A stretch of DNA of 64,000 nt from an uncultured Lentisphaerota bacterium (GTDB lineage Bacteria > Verrucomicrobiota > Kiritimatiellia > CAIQIC01). Shown piece after piece: positions 20,478 through 30,890 of the stretch. Position 1 is the first letter of the stretch, and each line of letters starts with the position of its first letter. The stretch spans positions 3,621 through 67,620 of the forward strand of contig CAIWHP010000084.1 of assembly GCA_903912445.1 (NCBI GenBank), read 5' to 3'. The notes under the pieces are model-generated. The model worked only from the letters and a program-made list of their open reading frames with translations. It searched no databases and had not been told where the DNA came from. The position numbers and the translations under genes were made by a program.

Positions 20478-22325
20478 ATGTTGTTCAGGCGCTCCAGGGC
20501 TGCGGGCCGCTGCGCACGAGGCCTCTGCCTGGCGGGGTTGTTCGCTGTCACACAGGCGGGCGCCGCGCCGCCGGCCGGGCCACCGCTGACGCGGGCGGAG
20601 CTGGCGCGCGTGACCGCGGGCGCCATCGCCAGCGGCGAGTTCGCCAAGCACCTCGAGTTCCTCGACAACCTGATCCTGAACACCTGCAAGCCGGCGCCGG
20701 GCGCCGCTGGCATCACCGCCTGGGAGCGCGTCCTGGCCGATGAGGCCGCGACGCTGGCCATCGCCCAGTCGGCCGTGCTGCATCAGGTTACACCGGACAC
20801 GCTGGCGGCCCTCGTGAAAGTGGAGACCAACCTGCCAGCCTTCCTCGGCTGGTTCCTGGGCGAACGCGATGCGCTGGAAACCTATCTCAAAACGATCAAG
20901 CCGCAGAACGAGCCGGCGAGGGTCTTGCCGCTGTGGTGCGCGCTCTGGGGCAAGGACCGCGCCGACGGCGCCCGGTATCTCAACCTGGCGCTCGCCTGCG
21001 CGGTGGTGTTCGACAAGCCGCTGCGCGTGTCGCGCGACCTCGATCCGCGCGGCGCGGTGGATGCGGGCGAGCGCTACGATTACTACCGGAATGCCGACAA
21101 GCAGAACCAGCTGAAGACCGACCTGACCAAGCTGCCGGCGTCGGAATTGATCTGGGTCGTGGATGCGCCGGTGCCGACCTCGGAGCTGACGTGGGCGCTC
21201 ACCAACGTCCGCCGCCTGGTCCGCGACCACTGGGGGCGCGCCTATTTCATGGTGGAATACAAGATGGCGAAGATCGCGCAGGGCGGCCAGTTCTACGAGC
21301 ACTACACGCTGGCAGAGATCCTCCAGAAGGGCGGTGTCTGCGCCGACCAGGCCTATTTCGCCTCCATGACAGCCAAGGCCCACGGCATCCCGGCGATCAT
21401 GCTCCTCGGCGAGGGCCAGCGCGGCGGCCACGCGTGGTTCGCCTTCAAGACGACGACGAAGTGGAACATGAAGAACGGCCGCTACCCGAACGACCAGTAT
21501 GTGGCGGGCTACACGACCGACCCGCAGACGCGGCTCTGGCTCAAGGACCACCTGCTCAATTTCCTCACCGACAGCCAGCGGCAGACGCAGGAGTACGGCA
21601 AGGTCAGCCGCCTCACCTGGCTGGCGGGCCTCCTGCTCGCGCGCGGGCAGCAGGCTGAGGCGGGCGCCCTGTACGAGCTGGCCCTCGCATCCGGCCCGCG
21701 GCACATGGCCGCCTGGGCGGCCTATTTCGACTATCTCAAGCAAACCGAGGCGCCCCGCGAACGCTGGAAGACGGTCGTCCAAACCGCGCGCTTCAACTTC
21801 CGGGACTATCCCGACATGCTGACCCGGCTCGACAAGCTGGAGACGGAGACCGTCCTTGACGCGGACAACGTGGACGCCATCCTGAAATCGCTGCGGAACC
21901 AGGTGCGCAAGCTGGAGGTGCGCAGCAAGGAGCGTAGCGACCTGATCATCGAGACGCTGGAGCGCCACATCAAACTCCTGCGCGCGGCCGACGGTACCAC
22001 GGCGGTGCTGACCATCTACGACAAGGCGCTCAGGGAGTTCGGCGACGAGGTCCCTGTCTACGAAGGCCTGTCCGTGCGCTATTTCAAATACGCGCAGGAG
22101 CACAAGGCGCAGAAGAAGGCGCTCGATACGATCGAGGCGGTGTTCCGGAAAAACTTCAGCGCCACCACGCGCGATTTTTTCGAGATGAACACACACGCGC
22201 GCCTGATGAACAGGATTGCGAGCTTTTACCAGGCTGACGGGCAAGCCCAGAAGGCCGCCGCCTACCAGAAGAAAGCCGCCGATCTCGAAAAGCGCGCCAC
22301 CGTCACCCACAAGAACGACCGCTGA
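20478..22325 (+). CDS. Secreted hypothetical protein with transglutaminase-like core and helical repeats
   Basis: Signal-like N-terminus; GGVCADQAYF..GHAWF Cys/His pattern; TPR-like helical C-terminus. Confidence 0.65.
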   Translation: MLFRRSRAAGRCARGLCLAGLFAVTQAGAAPPAGPPLTRAELARVTAGAIASGEFAKHLEFLDNLILNTCKPAPGAAGITAWERVLADEAATLAIAQSAVLHQVTPDTLAALVKVETNLPAFLGWFLGERDALETYLKTIKPQNEPARVLPLWCALWGKDRADGARYLNLALACAVVFDKPLRVSRDLDPRGAVDAGERYDYYRNADKQNQLKTDLTKLPASELIWVVDAPVPTSELTWALTNVRRLVRDHWGRAYFMVEYKMAKIAQGGQFYEHYTLAEILQKGGVCADQAYFASMTAKAHGIPAIMLLGEGQRGGHAWFAFKTTTKWNMKNGRYPNDQYVAGYTTDPQTRLWLKDHLLNFLTDSQRQTQEYGKVSRLTWLAGLLLARGQQAEAGALYELALASGPRHMAAWAAYFDYLKQTEAPRERWKTVVQTARFNFRDYPDMLTRLDKLETETVLDADNVDAILKSLRNQVRKLEVRSKERSDLIIETLERHIKLLRAADGTTAVLTIYDKALREFGDEVPVYEGLSVRYFKYAQEHKAQKKALDTIEAVFRKNFSATTRDFFEMNTHARLMNRIASFYQADGQAQKAAAYQKKAADLEKRATVTHKNDR

Positions 22326-22344
22326 CCAGTAGCCGCCACAGCGG

Positions 22345-22421
22345 TACCCGACCTGGGAAATAATACCGCCCGCTTTCCCTTCGCTTGGCAAAAGCGCTTG
22401 GTTCAATTCCAAACCATGGAG
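22345..22421. repeat. Degenerate TTCCAA-N3-TTGGAA cluster
   Basis: degenerate copies at about 22345, 22376, 22407 (31 bp period). Confidence 0.55.
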
Positions 22422-22540
22422 CTCACCTGCAGCGGCCCCGCATAGGCTGCGCAGGGTGTTGTTTGCGCTGCAGCAATCCAAGCCTAAGTAGCCGCTTGAC
22501 AGAGTGACAGAAACTTAATATTGGCATGGTAGGAGTTGCT

Positions 22541-25500
22541 ATGAAGTTGATTTTTACCTGTTCTTCCTGCGGTACGGAGCTGGAGAGTGGTGGCGCGGCG
22601 ATGGGCTCCAAAGTTACGTGTCCAAAGTGTCAGAAAGAGATCGCAATCCCCCGCAGTGACTTTGGCACCGGTACGCAGATTGCCGGCTTTGAGATCATCC
22701 GCAAGCTGGGGGACGGAGGGATGGGCGCGGTCTATCTCGCCAAACAACTGTCCATGAGCCGCGAGGTCGCGCTCAAAGTGCTTTCCGCCGAGTTTGCCGC
22801 CGCCGAGGGCGCGGTGCCGCGCTTTCTCCAGGAAGTCCATGTGGCCGCCAAACTGGAGCACCCCAACATCGTCACCGCCTTCGACGCCGGCGAGGACGAG
22901 GGCCTCTATTACATGGCCATGAGTTATATCCGCGGCCAGTCGCTCGACGAGCAGCTCCACAAAAAGGGCACCTTGACCGAGAAGGCCGCCCTGCAACTCA
23001 TCCGCAAGATGGCCGGCGCCCTGAACTACGCCTGGCAGCACCACAAGATCATCCATCGCGACATCAAGCCGGCGAATATCCTGCTCGACGACGAGGGCGT
23101 GCCGAAGCTGGCGGACATGGGCCTGTCCAAGAGCGTGGAGGAGGAGGAGGCGCTGACGCTGTCCGGCGAGGTGATGGGCACGCCCAACTACATGAGCCCG
23201 GAACAGATCGAGGGCCGCAGCGATGTGGATGCGCGCGCTGATATGTATGCGCTGGGCGCCACGCTCTACCACATCCTGACCGGCCACATGCCCTTTGCCG
23301 GCAGCAGCATTCTGGAGGTGTTGCGCAAGCAGGCCATCGCGGAGCTGCCGGACCCGCGCGGCTATTATCCTGCGCTCTCCGAACATTGCGTCAGCCTCCT
23401 CGGGATCATGCTGGCGAAAAAACGCGAGGAGCGCCCGGCCGATTGGCCGGCGATGCTCGCCGATATCGATGCGGTATTGCACAGCCGGCCACCCGTCACC
23501 AAGGTGCCTCCCGCGGGGCACTCGGCGCTGATCCGGCGCGGGCATGGGCCCCAGCCCGGGAAAAAAGTCGTCCTGTCACAAACCGGTCCGCTCTCGGCCA
23601 AGCCGCTGGCCATGCCCAGTCCGGCGCCGCCGGTCGCCGCCCGGCCCAAGCTCTCGGGCCAAGCCGCCCGTTGGATCGGGGTGGGCGTGCTGGCCGTGGG
23701 CCTGGTCAGCGTCGGCATCGCGGCGGCGGTCATGGTGGGCAACAAGCGCGCGGAAGCCGAGCGCAGCCGCGCCCGTGCGACGGCGCAAAAGGCGGCGGCG
23801 GCCCAAGCGCAGGCCGAACAGGCCAAGCGGGAAAAAGGCCAGGCGGAATTCTGGCAGGTGGCCGAGGATTTTGCCCGGTCCCACCCGCAGGCCTTCGCGC
23901 AGGCCATCGGCAACTTTACGGAAGTCCAGCAGCGGTTGGCCGGGACGAAATATGCCTTGCTGGCCAAGCATGAAATCGAGCGGCTGCAAGCCGCCAAGAA
24001 CGAGGCGATGACGCAGGCGTTCGCCGAACTGACCGACCGCGCGCAAGCGCTGGCCGCACGCCAGGATTTCACTGGCGCGGCGGACGTGCTTGCCAACTAC
24101 CAAGGGCCCTTCGCGGCCGAACTGAAGGCGTTGCGCAGCGGTCCGGCGGGCAAATACCGGAAGCTGGCGGCGGCCGCCGCCGCCCAGCTGACGCAAGCCG
24201 AACGCGACCAGCGCGAGCGCTGGCAGAACGCGCTGAATGCGGCGGCCGATGCGATCATGGCCGGTGAGCTGGCCAAGGCGCGGAGCCTATGCCTGACCAC
24301 CGCCAGCGACGCCACGCTGACCGGCGACAAGGCGGCCTTCCAGCGCATCGCCGGCTGGCTGGACCAGCTGGCCGGCGTGGATAAGCTCCTGCTCGAATCG
24401 TTTGTGGCGCAGAAGGACAAGGAGCTGGATCTGCCGCTCGATGGCGCGAAGACGCGTCTGCGCATCGCCGGCGTGCGCGGCGAGCGCATCCAGATCGAGC
24501 GTCCGAAAGGCATCGGCTGGATCGGCGGCGCCTTCACGCTCGCGCAGCTGCCGTTGGAGGAAAAACAGGCGCGGCTGACCGGGAAGCTCGACCCCGCGGC
24601 GCTCGCACTCTGGGCCGGCCTGGCCCTGCTCAAGGCCCACCAGCCCGAGCGGGCCGCCGAACAGTTCAAGGGCGCCGGGGAACTCGCCACCCTGCTGCAG
24701 GGAAAAATCGAGGCCGCGCAGAAGGAACTGCTGTCGCGCGCGTTGACCGCGCTGCCGCCGGAGGAACAGGTGCGCCGCGTCCTGGCCGAGCTGAAGGCGC
24801 TCAATGCCGGCTTTGACGGGCGCGCAGCGCACAAGTGCGAAGCCGGCCAGGTGACCGAGCTGGCGCTCGCCGCCGACGCGCTCACGGACCTCACGCCGAT
24901 CAGCAGTCTGAAAGCCCTGCGCCGTTTAACGTGCAGCGGGGCCGTCGCGGGCAAGCGCAGCCCGCTGGCCAATCTGACGCCGCTGGCCGGCCTGCCGCTG
25001 ACGGCGCTTTGTGTGAGCAACACCGCTGTCGCGGACCTGGCGCCGCTCAAAGGCGTGCCCCTGACCATGCTCATGTGCGATGGGACACCGCTCAACGATC
25101 TCGCTCCGCTGACCGGCATGAAGCTGGTCGCGCTCTGTTGCAACAACACCTCCATCCGCGACCTGGGTCCGTTGGAGGGTATGGCGCTGCTCACGTTTGG
25201 CTGTGTTAACACCGAGGTGGAGGACCTCGCCCCGCTCAGGAACATGCCGCTGCAGAGCCTCAAGTGCGATGCCTCCCTCGCCTTGCAGCAGGCCGCCCTG
25301 TTGCGCGAGTGGCGGACGCTGACGACCTTGAACGACACGCCCATCGCGAGCTTTTGGACGCGGATGGCCGGCCAAGGGTCCTCCGCCAAGACGGAGGGCG
25401 GGCGGCCGCTCACGCGCGAGAAAAGCCCCGGCCACGTGACTTTTAACCTCTACCCGGGCGGCTACGTCGCGAAAATTCCCTTCGACTATAAAGAGCGACC

Positions 25501-27184
25501 GCCCAAGGATCAGGCCGGCAAGGAAATCTCCTTCCGCGAAAAATGCGAAAAAGGCTTTTTCAGGTATCAGGGCGAGAGCCACCGCTGGATCAGTTGGGAG
25601 GATGCCTTCCCCGTGGAGCCGGGCAAGCGTTATAAGCTTTCCTTCTACGTGCGGGCGCCCCTCAAGCTGGCCGCCCGGGAAGTGTTGATGCTGGAACTGG
25701 GCAAAACGCCGGCGGGCCGCTTGACCCTGCTGGATCTCCCGGAGAAGGCCTGGGTGAAAGCCCTGCTCGTTTTTGAAGCGGCGCCAGGCGAACTCAAGAA
25801 AATTCAGCTCACGGCGGGCGCTTCCAAGCAGGAGGTGGATATCTGCGACGTGCGCCTTGGCCCGGCGTTGCCGGGTGATGAAACCGGCCTGCTGCTGCCG
25901 GCGGACCCGAAGACTGTCGCGCAAGGAACCGTGCAGGCCGATACCGCCGCCATCTCGTCCAAGGAACAGATCCGCCGCTTCACCGAGGCGATGAAAACCG
26001 CGAACCCCGACTTCGACGGCGTGGTGACCTTTGATGCCACGGGCGGCAAGGTTTTGAAGCTGCGGTTCTCATCGCAAAACGTGGCGGACCTCTCGCCCGT
26101 CCGCATGTTCCCGGCACTGGAAGAGCTCAGCTGTTCCACCCCCTCGAAGGATGGCAAACCCGTCGTCGGGCGCAGCAAGCTCGCGGATTTGTCGCCCCTG
26201 AAGGGCCTGCCCCTGATGAAGCTCAATTGCGCCTATGCCTCCATTACCGACCTCACCCCGCTGACCAATATGCCGCTGCAAACGCTCAACATAGATGGCA
26301 ACCTGCTGACCGACTTGGACACGTTGCGCGGCTTGAAAATCACCTCCCTCTGTGCGCGCCAGATGGCTTCCTTGACCAACATCGCCGGCTTGGAAAAGAT
26401 GCCCCTGACCCTGCTGGAACTGGACGCCACACGCGTCACGGATTTGACGCCGATAGCCGATTGTCCCATCAAGTCGCTATGCCTCCGCTACTCAAGCGTC
26501 AAGGATCTCGCACCCCTGCAGAACATGAAGCTGGAGTATCTTTACCTGCCCGGTTCGCGCGGCATCACCAGTCTGGAGCCGCTCAAGAACATGACGCTCA
26601 AGAAGTTGGATGTATGCGGAGTGTCCTGCGATCTGGCCCCCTTGAAGAGTGTGAACGTCAATGAGTTGATGTGTAGTTTTCATCCCGACAAACACGTCGC
26701 CTTGTTAAAGAGGCATAAATCCTTGGCCACTATCAATGGAGCCCCGGTGGAAGACTTCCTGCAAACCATGGAATTTGCCCTCCGAGCCGAGGAAAGCCCC
26801 AGCACCATAAAATTGGATGCCGACGCCGCTGCGCTTTCCGCTGGCGTGAGAATAGTTGAACGCACCTGGGGGTCCAGCGTTGGTTACTGGACCAATACTG
26901 CCGATACGGTCTCCTGGCCTGCCAAAGCCCGGGGGAGATACATGGTCATCGTCAAGGCGGCCGGTATGACGGGCACCACCCTTATTTTGAAAACCGGCCG
27001 CAACAGCTTGCCCATCGGTCTCTCGCCCCCCAGTGGCGACTGGGGCAACATCAGCTTCTACGTGGCCGGCCCGTTGGAACTGACCGGTGGCAATGAGCAA
27101 ACCCTGGTCCTGGCCCGGGAAGGAAGTCAGCCGACAACCACTTCCGTCAACATCTATGGCTTGCGCCTGTCTCCGGCGAAATGA
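22541..27184 (+). CDS. Hanks-type Ser/Thr kinase: Zn ribbon, kinase, TM helix, two LRR modules, CBM-like domains
   Basis: CSSC/CPKC; LGDGGMGAVY, VALK, HRDIKPAN, DMG, GTPNYMSPEQ; TM WIGVGVLAVGLVSVGIAAAVMV; DLxPLxGxPL repeats; RBS AGGAG before ATG 22541. Confidence 0.9.
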   Translation: MKLIFTCSSCGTELESGGAAMGSKVTCPKCQKEIAIPRSDFGTGTQIAGFEIIRKLGDGGMGAVYLAKQLSMSREVALKVLSAEFAAAEGAVPRFLQEVHVAAKLEHPNIVTAFDAGEDEGLYYMAMSYIRGQSLDEQLHKKGTLTEKAALQLIRKMAGALNYAWQHHKIIHRDIKPANILLDDEGVPKLADMGLSKSVEEEEALTLSGEVMGTPNYMSPEQIEGRSDVDARADMYALGATLYHILTGHMPFAGSSILEVLRKQAIAELPDPRGYYPALSEHCVSLLGIMLAKKREERPADWPAMLADIDAVLHSRPPVTKVPPAGHSALIRRGHGPQPGKKVVLSQTGPLSAKPLAMPSPAPPVAARPKLSGQAARWIGVGVLAVGLVSVGIAAAVMVGNKRAEAERSRARATAQKAAAAQAQAEQAKREKGQAEFWQVAEDFARSHPQAFAQAIGNFTEVQQRLAGTKYALLAKHEIERLQAAKNEAMTQAFAELTDRAQALAARQDFTGAADVLANYQGPFAAELKALRSGPAGKYRKLAAAAAAQLTQAERDQRERWQNALNAAADAIMAGELAKARSLCLTTASDATLTGDKAAFQRIAGWLDQLAGVDKLLLESFVAQKDKELDLPLDGAKTRLRIAGVRGERIQIERPKGIGWIGGAFTLAQLPLEEKQARLTGKLDPAALALWAGLALLKAHQPERAAEQFKGAGELATLLQGKIEAAQKELLSRALTALPPEEQVRRVLAELKALNAGFDGRAAHKCEAGQVTELALAADALTDLTPISSLKALRRLTCSGAVAGKRSPLANLTPLAGLPLTALCVSNTAVADLAPLKGVPLTMLMCDGTPLNDLAPLTGMKLVALCCNNTSIRDLGPLEGMALLTFGCVNTEVEDLAPLRNMPLQSLKCDASLALQQAALLREWRTLTTLNDTPIASFWTRMAGQGSSAKTEGGRPLTREKSPGHVTFNLYPGGYVAKIPFDYKERPPKDQAGKEISFREKCEKGFFRYQGESHRWISWEDAFPVEPGKRYKLSFYVRAPLKLAAREVLMLELGKTPAGRLTLLDLPEKAWVKALLVFEAAPGELKKIQLTAGASKQEVDICDVRLGPALPGDETGLLLPADPKTVAQGTVQADTAAISSKEQIRRFTEAMKTANPDFDGVVTFDATGGKVLKLRFSSQNVADLSPVRMFPALEELSCSTPSKDGKPVVGRSKLADLSPLKGLPLMKLNCAYASITDLTPLTNMPLQTLNIDGNLLTDLDTLRGLKITSLCARQMASLTNIAGLEKMPLTLLELDATRVTDLTPIADCPIKSLCLRYSSVKDLAPLQNMKLEYLYLPGSRGITSLEPLKNMTLKKLDVCGVSCDLAPLKSVNVNELMCSFHPDKHVALLKRHKSLATINGAPVEDFLQTMEFALRAEESPSTIKLDADAAALSAGVRIVERTWGSSVGYWTNTADTVSWPAKARGRYMVIVKAAGMTGTTLILKTGRNSLPIGLSPPSGDWGNISFYVAGPLELTGGNEQTLVLAREGSQPTTTSVNIYGLRLSPAK

Positions 27185-27241
27185 CTCCCCCTTGCAGCAC
27201 GGCGTAAGCGCCAACCCTGTTGCCGCCTGTGCTGCAGGCCT

Positions 27242-29542
27242 TCATGGCGCGGGCGGATGGAAGCAGCGGACGAAGAAATCCACCAGCCGGCGCTGGCCGT
27301 AGGGGCTGCCGCCGGCGCCGTGGCCGGTGCCGGGGAAGACGATCAGCTCGAAATCCTTGTCGGCCTTGATGAGCGCGTTCACCACCTGCAGCGTGCTCGC
27401 CGGATCCACGTTGTGGTCCAGTTCGCCGACCATCAGCAGCAGCTTGCCCCGCAGCTTGTGGGCCTGCGTCACGTTCGACTGCTCGGCGTAGTGCGGGCCG
27501 ACCGGCCAGCCCATCCACTGCTCGTTCCACCAGATCTTGTCCATGCGGTTGTCGTGGCAGCCGCAGTCGGCGGCGGCGGCCTTGTAGACCTCGCCGAACG
27601 CGAGCACCGCCCGCAGCGCGCTCTGGCCGCCCGCGCTGCCGCCGTAGATGCCGACGCGCGTCAGGTCGAGGCCCGGATATTTCTGCGCCGCCGCCTGCAG
27701 CCACAGGATGCGGTCGGGGAAGCCGGAGTCGCCGAGGTTCTGCCAGCAGACGTCGTGGAATTTCTTCGAGCGGTTCGAGGTGCCCATGCCGTCCATCTGC
27801 ACGACCACGAAACCCTTGGCCCGCAGTGCTTCAAAACCTGCTTTGACGCGGAACGCTTTGGGGACGAACGCATCCTGCGGGCCGGCGTAGATATGCTCGA
27901 TCACCGGGTGCTTTTTTCGCACATCGAAATTGTCCGGCCAATGGATCAGGCCGTAGATGTCCGTCGTGCCGTCGCGGCCCTTGGCCACAAAGCGCTGCGG
28001 CGGTTTCCAGCCGGAGGCGAGCAGCGTGCGGGCGTCGGCGCGCTCCAACTCGCAGACGAGCTTGCCGTCGCTTGTGCGGCGCAGCGCGTGGACCGGCGGC
28101 TGGTCCACACGCGACCAGGCATCCACGAGGAAGCGGCGGTCGGGCGAGAACTCGACCGCATGCGTGCCGTCGCCCTCGGTCAACAGCGTCAGGCCGGTGC
28201 CGTCGAAGTTCACGCGTGCCAGGTGCTGGTAATAAGGATCCTGCCCGGGCACGATGCCGGCGCAGCGGAACCAGACCTGCCGTTTTTCCGCGTCCACGCG
28301 CTCGACCTTCCGCACGACCCACGGCCCGCGCGTGACCTGGTTCTTCACCCGGCCGGTCTGCGCGTCATAGAGCCAGAGGTGGTTCCAGCCGTCGCGCTCG
28401 CTCATCCAGAGGATCTCGCCGGTCTTGTCGAGCGGCTCGCAAAAGTATTTTCCGGAATAGCAGATGAAGGTCCTGGCCTGTTCATCCACCAGCGCGCGCG
28501 CCGCGCCGTTCGCCGCGTCCACCGCTACGACGCGCAGGACCTGGTGCCCGCGTTGGTTGTAGACGAAGGTGAAGCGGCTGGAGTCCGGCGCCCAGCGCAG
28601 GTCGCCGAGGCTCCACGGATTCGGGAAGAGCGCGTCGCTGATGGCGATGTGCCGGCCGCTGGCGACCTCGAACAGGTGCGGCTTGGATGTCGCGATGCGG
28701 TCGCCGGGCTTGGGATAGTTGAACGTCTGCACCTTCGGCTGGACTTGGTCGGCGGGCGACGATTCGACGACCGTGACGATGTGTTCCTCGGCCGGCTGCG
28801 TGCGCAGCACGACCAGCTTGCGCGAGTCGGGCGACCAGAACAGGCGGCCACCATAGGCATCGTTGGTCTTGCCGTCGCTGCTCAACGGTTTCTCGACGCC
28901 GTTTTGCACGTCGCGCAGCCAGACGTTGTAGTCGCGGATGGACGCCTGCCAGCGGCCGTCGGGCGACTGGCCGTTGCCGGCCGGCGGTCGCGGCTTGAGC
29001 CGGGGCGCCGTGACGCGGGGCTTGTCGGCCGGCGCTTCGGCGCGGATGTCCGCCTCGGCGGGCTCCTCGCCGGCCTCGAACACGGCGAGCGCCTTGCCGG
29101 CCTCGTTGGCGATGAGCCAGACGTGGCCCGCGTAGGTGCTCATGTCGCGCGCTTTGCCGGCGGCGATCTTGCCATAACTCTTGCGCTTGCCGTCGAAATC
29201 GAGCCAGAACAACTCCACCGGCCCCGTCGTGTGGTTGATGAAATGCAGCGTCGTCTCCGGGCCGGTGCGCTTGCTCGCGCGCGGCGCTTCGGCGACCGCC
29301 AGCGCGTGCAGGTTCGTCGCGCCCGCCGCGACCGTCGCGTTGGTGAGCGTGCGCTGGCCGGCGACGGCGTCCACGAAAACATACTCGTGGGCCTTCGGCC
29401 CGGTCTGCACGCGATACCAGAGCTGCGTGTTGCCGGGCAGCCAGTGCGCTTGAAGGCGGTCGCGATACACGCGCTGCTCCGCGGCCTGCGTCACCAGCGC
29501 CACGCCGCATACGAGCATCAAGATTTTGCTGTAGTGAAACAT
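27242..29542 (-). CDS. S9 dipeptidyl peptidase IV-like peptidase with VHL beta domain
   Basis: Signal [20 protein letters not shown]; WSPDS and SERDGWNHL propeller; GGSAGG, ELDHNV, GTGHG triad; [31 protein letters not shown]-like segment. Confidence 0.88.
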   Translation of the reverse strand: MFHYSKILMLVCGVALVTQAAEQRVYRDRLQAHWLPGNTQLWYRVQTGPKAHEYVFVDAVAGQRTLTNATVAAGATNLHALAVAEAPRASKRTGPETTLHFINHTTGPVELFWLDFDGKRKSYGKIAAGKARDMSTYAGHVWLIANEAGKALAVFEAGEEPAEADIRAEAPADKPRVTAPRLKPRPPAGNGQSPDGRWQASIRDYNVWLRDVQNGVEKPLSSDGKTNDAYGGRLFWSPDSRKLVVLRTQPAEEHIVTVVESSPADQVQPKVQTFNYPKPGDRIATSKPHLFEVASGRHIAISDALFPNPWSLGDLRWAPDSSRFTFVYNQRGHQVLRVVAVDAANGAARALVDEQARTFICYSGKYFCEPLDKTGEILWMSERDGWNHLWLYDAQTGRVKNQVTRGPWVVRKVERVDAEKRQVWFRCAGIVPGQDPYYQHLARVNFDGTGLTLLTEGDGTHAVEFSPDRRFLVDAWSRVDQPPVHALRRTSDGKLVCELERADARTLLASGWKPPQRFVAKGRDGTTDIYGLIHWPDNFDVRKKHPVIEHIYAGPQDAFVPKAFRVKAGFEALRAKGFVVVQMDGMGTSNRSKKFHDVCWQNLGDSGFPDRILWLQAAAQKYPGLDLTRVGIYGGSAGGQSALRAVLAFGEVYKAAAADCGCHDNRMDKIWWNEQWMGWPVGPHYAEQSNVTQAHKLRGKLLLMVGELDHNVDPASTLQVVNALIKADKDFELIVFPGTGHGAGGSPYGQRRLVDFFVRCFHPPAP

Positions 29543-29571
29543 GCGCGGAGCATAGCGGGCGGCGGCGCGGT

Positions 29572-29621
29572 TTCCAAGGATGGGGAAAGGGCCGCCCGGG
29601 TTTTTACCAGGCTTGGAAAAA
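29572..29621. repeat. TTCCAA-N3-TTGGAA cluster (2 degenerate copies)
   Basis: copies at 29572 and 29604. Confidence 0.75.
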
Positions 29622-29701
29622 TCGCGGCGGCAGGGCGCACAAAGAGACTTGTAGCGCCCGCAGTCCTTGGATAGCTTCGCGCCAACCTCACGGGGAACTG
29701 T

Positions 29702-30727
29702 ATGGAAACGAACTGGTACTACGCGGTGAACGGGCAGGAGCGCAAGGGGCCTGTTCCCGAAGGCGAGCTGAAGCAGCTGCTCGGCAGCGGCCAGCTGCCC
29801 GCGAGCACGCTGGTGTGGTGCGAGGGCCTGCCCACGTGGACGCCGGCCCAGGACGTGGCGGCGCTGCACGACAGTCCGCCGCCGATGCCGCCGCCGGAGG
29901 CGGAGAGCCAGTGGTTCTATTCTGCGGACGGCAAGGCGCAGCAAGGCCCGGTGGTAACCAGCGAACTCAAGCGCTTGCTCGCCGCCGGCCAGTTGCCCTG
30001 GTCCACGCTCGTCTGGAGCGAGGGCCGCGCGGGCTGGGCGCCGGCTTCCACGCTTGCGGCGTTGCAGCCGGGCGGCGTGCCGCGCCTGAGCGCCGCGCCG
30101 CAGCCGTTGCCGGCGGGTCCGTTCTGCAGCCGCACGCACAACCGCGAGCTGATGACGGCGGCGCGCGGGGTGTTGGCGGGCCAGTGGGGCGCGGCCGTTT
30201 GCCCCGGGCTGCTTTACTTTGCGATCAGCATCGGCTTCCAGCTGCTTTCCCTGCTGCCGCTGGTCAGTTGCGTCGCCAGCATCTGCCAGCTGCTCATCGA
30301 AGGCGCACTGCTGCTGGGCATGACCATGTTCTTCCTTGCGCTGGCGCGGGCACAGCTTCCCAGCGTCGGCATGATGTTCAACGGCTTCAACCAGTTCGGG
30401 ACGGCCTTGGGGGCCTGTCTGCTCATGGCGCTCTTCACGATCCTATGGCTGTTGCTGCTCATCATCCCGGGCATCATCGCTTCCTATCGCTACGCCATGA
30501 CGTATTACATCCTGGCCGATCATCCCGAACTCGGCCCGCTGGAGGCGATCCGCCGCAGCAAGGAGCTGATGCGCGGCAACAAGCTGAAATTGTTCTGCCT
30601 CGGCTGGCGCTTCTTCTGGTGGATACTGTTCTGCCTCCTGACGTGCGGCATCGGCTTCATCTGGCTCGTGCCCTACATGCAGACCAGCCTCGCCAAATTC
30701 TACGAAGATCTGAAACCCGTCGCGTGA
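29702..30727 (+). CDS. Membrane protein with two GYF_2 (DUF4339) domains plus DUF975-like domain
   Basis: Two WYY..GPV..L..L..G.L...TLVW.EG...W units; LLLIIPGIIASYRYAMTYYIL..AIRRSKELMRGNK. Confidence 0.82.
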   Translation: METNWYYAVNGQERKGPVPEGELKQLLGSGQLPASTLVWCEGLPTWTPAQDVAALHDSPPPMPPPEAESQWFYSADGKAQQGPVVTSELKRLLAAGQLPWSTLVWSEGRAGWAPASTLAALQPGGVPRLSAAPQPLPAGPFCSRTHNRELMTAARGVLAGQWGAAVCPGLLYFAISIGFQLLSLLPLVSCVASICQLLIEGALLLGMTMFFLALARAQLPSVGMMFNGFNQFGTALGACLLMALFTILWLLLLIIPGIIASYRYAMTYYILADHPELGPLEAIRRSKELMRGNKLKLFCLGWRFFWWILFCLLTCGIGFIWLVPYMQTSLAKFYEDLKPVA

Positions 30728-30794
30728 GCGTGGCGCAACGTTTCCCGGGATTGACCGCAAAGCCGGCCGGCTCATCAGGCCCGTTTGGCACAAT

Positions 30795-30843
30795 ATCCAA
30801 GGCTTGGAAAATATCGGCCTGCCATTTTCCAAGCTTTGGAAAA
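30795..30843. repeat. TTCCAA-N3-TTGGAA cluster (2 copies)
   Basis: copies at 30795 and 30827. Confidence 0.85.
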
Positions 30844-30890
30844 CGCGCCGACTCCGTTACACTTGCGGCTCGCAAAAAGTGGAGAGCCTC

